The position numbers were made by a program, and so were the translations under genes. A stretch of 64,000 nucleotides of DNA, from contig DF237083.1 of the NCBI GenBank assembly GCA_000708835.1, positions 62,001 through 126,000 of the forward strand. The letters are read 5' to 3'. A model generated the notes under the pieces. The model was not told the DNA's origin. It did no database searches and worked only from the letters and a program-made list of their open reading frames with translations. The first letter of the stretch is position 1. Each line of letters opens with the position of its first letter. This document shows, piece after piece, positions 12,230-22,995 of the stretch. Origin of the DNA: Klebsormidium nitens. Its lineage: Eukaryota; Plantae; Klebsormidiophyceae.

Positions 12230-15200
12230 ATGTCGGACCTAGAGGATGAGCTGTTGATGGTCGCAGGCCACTCCAAGGCCGGCGGCAAGCGCGGCGGGTC
12301 TTCCAGGCGGCAGTCCAAGCCGTCGAAGAGGAGGAGAGTGGCGCGGGACGAGTCAGATGAAGAATCTGAAGAGGAGGAAGAAGAGGAGGAGGAGGAGGAG
12401 GAGGAGGAGGAAGAAGAAGAAGAAGAAGATTCGGATGCTGATGTCAAGGGGAAGAAGGTGGGGCGCTCTGTCCTGATCTACGGATTTGCCTCACAGGGCT
12501 TGATTGGATTGAAACACGGCGGGCCGCATAGGGCACGTCGAAGTGAGCAGTTGGGGCTTGGTGGTCAGCAAATGCGTGGCGCCACCTGGCGCCAATCAAG
12601 AAGCAGGACAGATTTGAATTACTGTCTTTGATGGAGTCATTCTAAACTCCTTCAAAATAAGGTTTTAAATAGTCGGCAGCCGGGCGTAATGCAAAAGTGT
12701 CAAAGTTGCAGGCCACTCTTGGTGGCAAGCAAGCAGATCATCGCATGATTCTTGCACAGCTTGAGAGGGAGCGAATCTGGCTTTGGATCTTTGATGCTAT
12801 AGTAAACACTCCAATTGTGCTCCACACAAAGCATCAGCTTACCATCAAGTCTCACGAAACAACAAACCCCCGCTCTCCCAATAACCACCACCGCTGAAAG
12901 TGTAAACCCTATAACAAGCTTGTCGACTTGCAATCTCTTGGACTCATTGCACCTCCTCATACTATATCGCAGGGGAAAGGAGGGTCCAAAATGCCCCTCA
13001 AGAAGCGCTTTGCCGACAAGGACGATGAAGAAGAAGAGGAGGAGGAAGAAGATGGTGAGAGGAAAGACGATGGATACGACAGCGAGCTGTCGTTCGGAGA
13101 GGACCTCTTCAAGGACGACGAGGACCGTGCGAAGCTGATGGCCATGACGGAGCTGGAGAGAGAAATGCTCCTGGCGGAGCGGTCGGAGAGGTGAGCGCTG
13201 ACACAAGGCTGACGTCATCCTCAGACATGCTCTTGGAAGGTGAGGTGCAATTGGGTCCGCGTACAAAGTGGTAAATGAGGGCACTACAAAGGACATGCAC
13301 GATATCCTTCAAAAGAGAATGTTTCAGGGAGGAGCCCGTCTGACGGAGTGACTTTTGGGCTTGGTTCGTTAGGACTCGACCTGCGTGGAGGTCAAGTCCC
13401 ATTGTCAACTTTAGAGAACGGCTCTGGTTTTGCAAAGTACAGGAAGGCCTCGCTTCCCGCCCCACTGATGAAGTTTGCGCAGCCCCTGACAACGTCTAGC
13501 CAGACATTATCACGGAGGGCTCGCCCCTTTGACTTTTACAGTCCCACTACGTTGTGTTCATCACCCGCTAGCCGTTGACAGAGAAGTGTTGTTCGCCTCT
13601 CGTGGGTCGTTCTCCACTTACACAATGCATCCCTGCGCTTGTCTGTGACGTCAAAGCCCGCAGGTTTGCTGACCTCGACTTTTCAAAGCTATCCAAAAGA
13701 TACCGGCAGAGATGCACACGGCTAGAAGCAAGTTCAGAGCAAAGCTGACAGTGAAGACCACCTCCCCCGCAGGCGGGACGAAGTTCTCGAGCGGCGCGCC
13801 CTGCGCGATCAGGCCCGGCAGCGGGACGAAGCCGCCGAGAAAGCACAGAAGGCAAAGCAGCGCTCGCGCGCGGCGCCGCCGACTCGGTCCAAGCTCTCGA
13901 CCACCCGAGAAGCCCCCCGCAGCAAAGAGAAAGCGAGCGCGCTGGAAGAGTTGGTGGCGCGGAGAAACCGAGCGGTGGAGGGGGGGAACAGGCGGCGCGC
14001 GGAGCAGGATCGGAGGAGACGGGAGGAGTCAATGTCGCCGAAGCGGAAGGGGAGGGAGAGCGATGAGGGGAGCTCCTCGGATGTAAGGGCGGTTCATGTG
14101 TGTCTTGCCGTATTGTGTCGTATCCCTCAAGTTTGCCAAGATCTGCCTGAACGCAGTCCCGGTTTTACCAGAGCTCTCTGTAGACCTCGTAGGAAGGAGT
14201 TGAAAGGGCCTCTTCCTAGTCCTGCAAGTGTTCCCTCGATAGTTTTGACCGGCTTTTACGGCTTTTAGTTCTGACGGCTTTAGAGTCTCACCGAGAGGCG
14301 CCGACGAGGTACCAACGTTGACGCTTGTTTTTCTTTCTTTTTATTCTCCGGGATGGTGATAAGTGATTCTTTGTCCTCTTTTTCAGGGGTATGTCTCTTT
14401 CTCGTGCGCCTACTAAACCTGCTCGGATTGTCTTGCTCGCAGAGTGATCGGAGCGACGAGGAAGACGAGCGAGCCAGAAGCGACGATGACGATGAAGACG
14501 CCAGGTATGACGCCGCCTCCTCCGCTGTTTGCAAGATTCTTGTTCTCGTGAAGCTGTGCGAATTTTGTGATTCGCAGTCCTTCGTTTGTCAGCGAAGAAT
14601 CTTTGTGGAGCCGACGTGGCAATTCTGGACTCAATGTTGGGTCGTGGACCTTCGTTTTCTCCACAATTACCTCGTCGCTGCTCGTACACTCGCTTCTGGT
14701 TGACTTCTTACTACATGGAAACTTCTCTGCCGCGCTTTCGGCAGGACGTTGGCATTGGATTCGGTCCAGTGACCACGACGCATGGTCCAGTCTTGGTATC
14801 TTTCAATGCGTCAACCTGCTAAGCCAATTCTGAAGCATTCCCCGGCTAGAAAACGAAAACGATGGCGACCATCGACGGCCTTCTCAGTACTGGGTGACAA
14901 AAGCGTTTACTCTGTCTTCTGATGTTCTTACGAAGACTCGTGCAACGCAGAGCACACATACTGGTCCTAACGAGGTGCACTGGGGCAGCCTTTTAGCTTT
15001 GCCAGAACCATCAAGGCGGTTTGCCAACACGCTGGCTAAGCAAAGCCGAACCCCACTTCTCCCCAGTCGAACGAGACGTGCATCGCAGCCGGCAACATCC
15101 ACACCCCGACACGATTTAGCGTGAACTCGTTACTCATTGTTTTGCGAATGCTTTGGCCAACTAGAGCGGGATTTTCTTTCCCCGCAGATTGGACGACGCC

Positions 15201-18152
15201 CCGACGCGACCGAGAAGGAACTCGTTACTTCCATGCGAAAGCTTTGCTTACTAGAGCGAGATTTTGTTTTCCCCGCAGGTCGGACGACGACGTGCGGCGC
15301 GGCCGGCGGCGCCCAGACCCCGACGCGATCAACGAGTATCTCGACAACTTTGTGGCGTTTGCGAGCGAACTATACCGAGGTTTGTACTTCCCCTTGCAGG
15401 TCGGACGACGACGTGCGGCGCGACCGGCGGCGCCCGGACCCCGACGCGACCGAGAAGGAGCTCGTTTATTCATCTTGGCAAAAGCTTTGGTTACTAGTGC
15501 GATTTTCCCCCCCCCAGCAGGTCGGACGACGACGTGCGGCGCGGTCGGCGGCGCCCGGACCCCGACGCGATGGACGAGGAGCTGGACAAGATCGTGGTGA
15601 AGCGCGTGTGGCTGGAGCAGCACTGCTACGAGCCGTACTTTGACGACCTCATCCGGAACTGCCTCCTTCGGCTCAGCATCGGGCAGGGGCCCAGCGGCCA
15701 GAACGTGTACCGCATCGTAAGGCGCTGCTGACGTCACTTGAGTTGGGGGGATCCCCCTTGTGCTAGAAAGAGACTGCTTTAATAAGCTCGTTTTGAGGTT
15801 TAGCGGTTGAATTGTTCATTGACATATCAGAGGCGTAGGTGACTGCTTTCGTCTGGTGTTGTCTTCTTTTGTTGGCGGTATCATTCCTCTTGCCGATACG
15901 GCCAGTTTACTGTGGGGAGTGCACTTACTGGCAGGGCCGCAGCTCCAACGAAGATTACAGTCTCGGAGACAGCCTAGCCTCTGCTGACGTCACCTTTGGT
16001 GACGGCATGCTCGCCTGTCCATGTCGTGCGTTTGGTTCTAGGTTGTTTGGATGCACGATTGTGGTAGTGAGCATGGGCGACACTCGCTCCCCAGGTGGGT
16101 GCGGCTGTTCGCTGCTCCGCTTTTTCGAACTTGCTGATGTAACTGCCGGCTGACGCGGTGCCTCCACAGTAGAGCCGCTTATGGTGCTGCGCTTCTTTGG
16201 GGGGCTGAGCGACTCGAGGTTGTCCCCGCACACATGTTCCGCCTGTGATAAACGAGTGCTTTGTCGTTTTCGCGGGGCATTTGAGTAAAAGTTTGCGCTC
16301 TTGCCCGGCCTTCTGTTTACAGGCGCTCCTTTACGAACTGGTTTCATTCCTGCCTGACTCTAAGCTGAAATCCTCGCCTTTCCGTCTTTCGTGAGTGTGC
16401 GGGAGTCATACGGAGAAGCGACGGATACGAGAAAGTTTAGACTGTTCAAATCCTCAGATTCAGATGGATGACGTGGCTGACGTGTCCGGTAACATCTCTT
16501 TCTTTTGCGTCCTCAGGTGGAGGTGGTTGACGTTGACAGCAATCCCGCCAACAAGCCGTACAAGTTCGGCAAGGGCAGCATCGCGCGGCGGCTGACGTGC
16601 AAGTGGGGCGTTGCGGAGCGTTCCTGGCCGATGGATCAGGTGTCCAATCAACGGCCGTCGTCGAAGGAGTGGAACGAGTGGCGCAACGAACTAGAGAAGC
16701 GGGCGATCCGCAAGATGAGCAAGCGCGAGGTCGCGGAGAAGCGCGAGGCGCTGATGTCAGCGATGACGTTCCAGTACACGAGCGAGGCGGTGCGCAACAT
16801 GGTGCTGGAGAAACAGAAGCTGCGGCGGGTGAGGATGCCGGGTTTGGGTCTGAGTTTTGGTTTGGGCATCTGGGTATAATAATTTTGCGATGTGGACTCT
16901 GGGTTCATTCAGAGCGACTCTGGTCTTGTGGTGTTGTGTCAGGGGTGCTTTCGGGTCCTCCAGTCGGTCTAACAAGGAACTTCTGCTCGTTGAGGGGCGG
17001 CTCTGCTTTGGGTTCTACGGGACTGGTGTCGTAACATCGTACGAAGTCGCTGAGAAAGAGCAAGATAAGCGGATGAGCAACAAATTATCCCCCTGTTCAG
17101 TCTGTAGAATTGAAGGAGACCTCCCAAAGGAACTGTATCCAAGCTTCTGCAGGGTACTCGTGCACGGCATCATGGTCTGAATTCTAGTGACACTGTGTAA
17201 TCACTTTTTGAACGTCGACTGTGGGACCTTCCTCAGGACTGTTGTATTTCGTTTGTGCGAGGTGGTGGGAAGGAGAGCCAGGGGCGCTCCGTCGACCTCA
17301 CCGTCACGGATGAAGAAGACAGTATGCATAAATGTACTCTCGCTTTTGCGGGGTCAGCGAAAAGCTTGGCTTGGCTTGAGAGCCTGTTGCATCCATTCAA
17401 ACGCTACCTTTCCTTGAGTGACTTCCCTTCCGTCGCAGACTCCTGTGAACGCCGCTGCGGAGAAGGCCCGTCTGGAGAAGCAGGTCCAGGCCGCCAAGGA
17501 CCAGGGCCGGCTGGACGACATCCCGGAACTCAAGGCGAAAATCGCGGAGCTGGAGCTGTTCATCAAGAACCGCGAGGGAGGCGACCGGCTGACGAAGATG
17601 CTGGATCTCAACAAGCGGAACCGGCAGAAGAATTTCAACCAGGACGGGTTAAAGGCGTCGACCGATGCCAGCGCGGGGGGGGAGTACGATCCGTTCTCGC
17701 GCCGATGGACGCGTTCGCAGAATTATTGGCAGACGCGCGCGGCGGCGGAAGTGGACGAGACGGCTTTGCTCACTATGGGGGAGGTAGCCGAGGCGCTCCC
17801 GCAGGCGGGCGACCCGGGCGTGGTCTCGTTAGAGGACGGGTTAGCGATAACCAAGGCGCAGGTCGCGCAGGCGGCGAACGGCGACCTGCTGGTGCAGACG
17901 GAGGCCCCTGTGGACCCGAAAGCGAACGCATTGCGAGTTCACAGTTTCGACCTGCCGATCGATTTGGAGGGGCTCGCGAAGTGGCAGCCCGTCGGCGCGG
18001 GGCAGGGCGCGACGGCGGGGGCCGCGGCCGCGGCAGTGCTCGCGCGGAAGCAGAGGATAGAAGCCAAGTACGGGGCGCCGATCGGGGTGCCGCGGGACGG
18101 GCGGCGGTCGCTCAAGATTACGGACTATAAGCGGAGGAGAGGGTTGACTTGA
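12230..18152 (+). CDS. RTF1: RTF1/VIP5 PAF1-complex subunit (Plus3 domain). Exons 12230-12457, 12973-13190, 13773-14082, 14443-14504, 15521-15716, 16517-16828, 17439-18152
   Basis: Kozak-like ccgccaccATG; motifs KMPLKKR, MTELEREMLLAER, Plus3 (EPYFDDLIRNCLLRLSIG...YRIVEVVDVD...WGVAERSWPMDQVS) and YDPFSRRWTRSQNY; splice phases consistent. Confidence 0.92.
12368..12427 (+). repeat. GAG/GAA trinucleotide run encoding poly-Glu in RTF1 exon 1
   Basis: Directly visible run of about 20 Glu codons. Confidence 0.9.
15170..15575 (+). repeat. Four tandem copies of the RTF1 exon-5 acceptor plus exon 5' end
   Basis: CAG| followed by gtcggacgacgacgtgcggcgc...ccccgacgcga at 15279, 15400 and 15521 (121-bp spacing), plus a shorter variant at 15188. 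Confidence 0.92.
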
Positions 18153-19373
18153 GCAAACATGCGGACGTGGAAAGGTCTATCTTTCCAGCTTCAAAGATTG
18201 TGAAGTGTTCGTGCATCGCAAGTTCAGCATCGAGGTATTGGAGACAAGGGCTTGCTGAGCATTTATTGTCCAAGTACAATGCCGATGCTGATCGAGTTTG
18301 AAGCGGCAACTTCAATTTCACTCGGCTCGTTTCAGTGCTTTCTGTAAGCTATTCTTCAATGTACACCCATAATAACTTCAGGTAACGCTGAGAATGTCGT
18401 GACCGACATTTGAATGCTTCATCGCTGAAGTCATCAGCAGGCGAAAGAATTGTCACATATCATGTTGTCGACTCTACGACGAGCGTCAAGTCCGACGGAC
18501 TCCACGTGGAGCTTGCCAGCATAGCAAGCGGTGGCGGCTGCAAAACCTCTACTCAGTGTCGATCTTCAAACATATATGCATTAAATCCGTCAAGTCTTTT
18601 TACCATCAAAGCACATCTTGCGTGCATCTCATTGGCGAGTCGTTCTTCGGGCGAGAACTTACGACAGAACACGATCATCAACGTAGATCTGCCCAAAGAC
18701 GAAGTACGTGGCTCCCGGCTGAACCATACCATGTAGGTCGTCATGCCGCATGCGACAAGAATTGACAGTGCCATGCAAGCAGTTACAAGGATTTTGTGCA
18801 ATTCTAGTCTGACCAGTGGGAAAGACCGGACGTAGTCTTGCATGCTATTACGTTTAAACGAGCGTCGGTAGGAGCTGCATATATAGGGACTGGCTTCAGA
18901 CGATGGCACTGGAACATGTACGCCGAACATGTCTAATTGCTTAGGACTGAACAACACCCTTGCTTTTCAAAACACGCAGTTGCTTAAAAACGGCAACCTT
19001 TACGGTATGTAGGGTATACGTGCATAAGTGGTTGATTGGATCGTCAAACCATGCCCTCTGAAGCCTGATCGACCCAAGTGCGGGGATCGTGTGGCAAGTC
19101 CCCACACCGGCTGACAATGTCTACCGAGAACTATTTCACATCCTTTGCTTCCGACACATTCAATCTTACTCAAGCCGGAAACTATGCTTTAGAACGAGTG
19201 CCGTCTAGATCTTATTTGCAGTCGAACATGCAGCGAGCTCTCTCATGACGATATCATTTGGCACTTTCCAACTTCTGCTTTCTCAAGATAGGACTCAAGT
19301 CTCTACGGAACTTAGGGGTAGGAAAGGTTTGCCAAGGAAAACATGTACCTGAGCACGTCCTCCGGCAGGTATG

Positions 19374-20183
19374 TTAGCTGAGGCAACCGAGTACTAAAAA
19401 GCGCCTTTTTCCTACAGCTGCTCGGACTGTCGCATCATACTGTTTGAGCGCCTTAGACACGGCCTTCTCAACGAGCACGTCATATGCTGGACAAAACCGC
19501 TGAAAGTTGGCATGCCGCTCGTGAGCATCTTGGAATCCTGCTTCCACTGCGCCCCTCGGAACTCGCAAGTCTTTTGCGGTCGACTCGCCGTGATCCCCGT
19601 ACTTATAACGGTGCTCCCGAAAGTCGCACTCCCTTCTGAAGTCGGCCCCGTGCAGAACCAAGATCCGGACGTTTTCGAAAAGGCGATGATAGGCAGCGAG
19701 ATGCAGCGACGTCATCTCTCTGAGATTCCGGTAAGGGGCCTCCACAGTCCCAGGAGAACCCAACAGAACTTTGCGGGTGATTGGTCCCCTAGCCACGTGC
19801 ACGCTGGCACCTGCTTCGAGCAGCAACTTCAGAAAGCATGGCTTTCCTTGCACTGAAGCTTGCACGATAGGCCAGGAAGACTCCGATACGCGCTTGTCAC
19901 CGTCCGAGAAGGTGACGACCTCAAAGCAGTTCGGATTTGCCCCATTGGCAAGCAACCAGCCAGTCAGGAGGCGGTCTCCCAAGAAGACTGCGGCAGTCAA
20001 GGGATTGCTTATGTTTCCCACAAAACGAGGCATAACCACGAGGCGGTCCAGCATGCTTGGCTGGACTTTCCCGGAATTTGCGAGGCGTTTTAGGAGGCGG
20101 GGAACCGTTGGATGAGATGTGTCGAGGCCGAGTAGGAGATGGAAGAGAGTGGCTCCGTCGAGTGTGGGTCCAAAAGTGCACGG
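19374..20183 (-). CDS. Ankyrin-repeat coding exon, probably the 3' part of the gene at 20610-22503
   Basis: Ankyrin-like motifs (NPLTAAV...LLANGANPN, PIVQASVQGK...LKLLLEAGASV, TSLHLAAY...VRILVLHGAD); polypyrimidine acceptor ttctcctttgcatgcag| at 20184-20186 in frame. Confidence 0.7.
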   Translation of the reverse strand, partial: PCTFGPTLDGATLFHLLLGLDTSHPTVPRLLKRLANSGKVQPSMLDRLVVMPRFVGNISNPLTAAVFLGDRLLTGWLLANGANPNCFEVVTFSDGDKRVSESSWPIVQASVQGKPCFLKLLLEAGASVHVARGPITRKVLLGSPGTVEAPYRNLREMTSLHLAAYHRLFENVRILVLHGADFRRECDFREHRYKYGDHGESTAKDLRVPRGAVEAGFQDAHERHANFQRFCPAYDVLVEKAVSKALKQYDATVRAAVGKRRFLVLGCLS

Positions 20184-20609
20184 CTGCATGCAAAGGAGAA
20201 CAGAAGTTGGTTCCTTGATTCTCGCGAGTAAGTGAACGAAAAGTTTCAAATTTTCAGATGTGAGTGAACGAAAAGTGCATCCAGCCAGTCAATCTAAGAT
20301 CTTGCTAGAGACTTGCTAGCGCCAGCCTAATCTTTGCACGTCTTCGCGAAACCATCAGCCGTTCATCCCCTGCCAAGCAGAGCAGAAGATGAAGCGTATT
20401 TCAGACTCAGCGCTCATACAATTGGAGCAGGGATTGAAAGGAAGTGTTCAAGAGTTATTACTAAACGTTGAGATAAAGCTGGATGTGCACTCTCCGTCCC
20501 ACAAACGAATTTTGACCCGACTTTCGACTCCAGATTGGGCCTAAAAAGACGAGGAGCGGCAATCGTAGAAAGGAGCAGCTTTAGCAGGACGAAAGCTTGC
20601 CTGCTTTGA

Positions 20610-22503
20610 CTATTGCGCGTCCAGCTGCCATTCATCTCCTTTCAGCTGACTGCTGAGCCATTCCAGCATGTCGTAGGATCTGAGCCAGGCAGCGAGCATG
20701 AGGGGAGTACGGCCAAAAGCGTCCTTCATCTTGAGCTGCTCGTGAGGTAGCGTCTTGGCTAGATCCACGTAATTGCTGGCAGCGGCACCAAGCATGTTTA
20801 CGATCTCGACCTTGCAAGCCACTTGTTTTTCAACGGAGCCAGTCTCGTTTGCAACAAGCCTTCCAGTGTCGAAATTAGCTTCGCCTGCAAAGAGGTCCAA
20901 TTGATGTGGATACGTTGGAGATACTTTCTTGAGACAAAGTTTCAGAATTGGCATGGAGGAGGCTTGAAAAGCTTTTCTGGATAGTGAGTGCGAAATCATG
21001 TTTTAGCACCAAGCCTCTACTTTTATTTACGTTTGTGGCCATAGTTTACCATAATACTCAGCTGTGAAATAGCAATCTCCATGAACATCATTCTCCAAAG
21101 CTTTCCTTTGAGGGTTTTGAGGGTTTACTTCAGCATGGTGAAGGAGCTCTTTCTAAACGGTACTCGCTCATCTGGCCTCACCTTGGTACCATACCTCTCC
21201 TTCCAGGCGTAGGCCCCAAGGCTTCAGTATGTTCCTCGCTATATATTGAATCCAGAATTCATAGTCCTCAAAGTTCGTTCTGGTACGGTCCCATTCCAAC
21301 CCGGTTCCCTCCATTGTCGGCACCCAATGGCAGTCACACTTGTCGTGAAAGGGCTCCGCATTGCCGGTGCTGCGACTTGTGTGTCCCACAGAGGTGATGG
21401 AAAGGGCCAGTTGATGTTCTCGCTGGTGAAGGAACTCGACCTGCAGCCATGAGAGGATCAAGAAAGTTACCTCTCGCTCAACCAAAGTGAATCCATGAGC
21501 CAAAAGCGATCGATTGCCGCTTGGACCGATAACAGTGCTTGCTTCGGTCCAAGATTGAGTGATACAGTACTGCTCGACTGCGACCAGGGAGATGCATCTG
21601 CTTCACCGAGTTCAGGCCGAGTACATAGTTCGTTCGTTTGATACGGTATTGCTTTCGGAATATGCTAAGCCTAACTTAGAACTGAACCCTGTGTTCCAGC
21701 AGGCGCCGTTTTGGACACTGACCACAGACTATACCAGGAACTGGCTCCGACAGGACATCAAACCATACTCCAGCTCCTAGTCTGGATCGACAAAAACTTG
21801 AACATTCATCACTCAGCTCGAGCGTGTGAATGATTGCAAAAGCTGCAACACCCTTTCTTTTTGCATGAGGTGCACAGTCTTCTGGTAGAGCCGCCTTCTT
21901 TTACTTGTAGGCCGTGTTCGCAACTGTTTTGCAGAACTCAAGTCTACCTCCAGCACGAGTTTGGAAAACTGGAATCAGCTTCAAGTAACAACACAGGCTT
22001 CTTCATGACAATTTTTTTGAGCCATCTTCGAATCTGTAATCCAAATTCAGACCTTTCCCGGACGGTACGATCAGACCTTCCCTGGACGGTAATATCAAGT
22101 TGGGAGCAAGGTCGAGCTTCCGCATACAAACTGTCAAAGTCTCAAAAGAAATGATGATCGACATAGGCAGTCTCAGGTTTGACCGGTACGTTCCACCTCG
22201 ATTTCGCAAAATGTGTCCTTTGGAATTCAGCAGATTTAAACATACTGTGTTTACCTGCACCTCCTTCGGAAGATCCAGGAACTCTTGTGAGCTCACGAAG
22301 AGTGCGCCTTCTGGTCCCAGGGGAAGGCCGACAAGGTCACGGATGGGATCCTTATGCAGTTTCAAAAGGCTCACGTTCCGCTTGCTTCGCGCAATCCCCC
22401 AAAAGAGCATGAGATACTGGTACTGTTGCTGAGTGAGCTTCTTGCCCTCAGCAAAGCGAAAGGCGCCCTGGAAGAACGTGTAGTAGGGGTGAATGGTAAT
22501 CAT
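20610..22503 (-). CDS. Spliced gene: phage/giant-virus-like uncharacterised domain followed by an ankyrin repeat. Exons 22503-22255, 21440-21182, 20884-20610
   Basis: GT-AG joins (phase 0, then phase 1) give YTFFQGAFRF...DPIRDLVGLPLGPEGALFV...CHWVPTMEGTGLEWD...FEDYEFWIQYIARNILKPWGLRLEGEVWYQ|GEANFDTGRLV, then KDAFGRTPLMLAAWL (ANK). Family identity is from recall only. Confidence 0.65.
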
Positions 22504-22995
22504 GATGCAGATCGACCTGAGCTCGTGCTGTTATGCGTTTTTTGTTCATATTGAAAGGCCAATGTAGCTTGACAAATTTAGAAATCCTGCCGTCTCACTC
22601 TGAGTCTTGGATCTTGCTGGCATCTTAAGTTGTCTTTGAACAAACTCTACTGTACTTTGCGAGGAAAGCCACCAGATCGAAGGCCGCAGCGGCCGCAGGA
22701 GACAAAAGCCGGCCGCGCCCAGCCGCGCCTCGGCGCTCAGCGCCCCGAGGTTTGGCAATGGAAGGTTTGAAACTGGGTTAACCCAGTAAGCCCGTAGGTT
22801 TGGATGCCTGGTTAGCAAAGTTGAGGTGCCAGTAGCTAGGAAGACAAGGAGATTTGTGCTGCGCAGAAGGGCGTCGCCGTGAGGACACATGCAGATGCTT
22901 TGCTAGCCCCTCGTCAATCACAACCTTGCAGTGCTGTAGCTAGCTAGCTAGAAAGCGAGGGCCTTTGTGCTGATTGACACGCAGCCAGTCACGCC

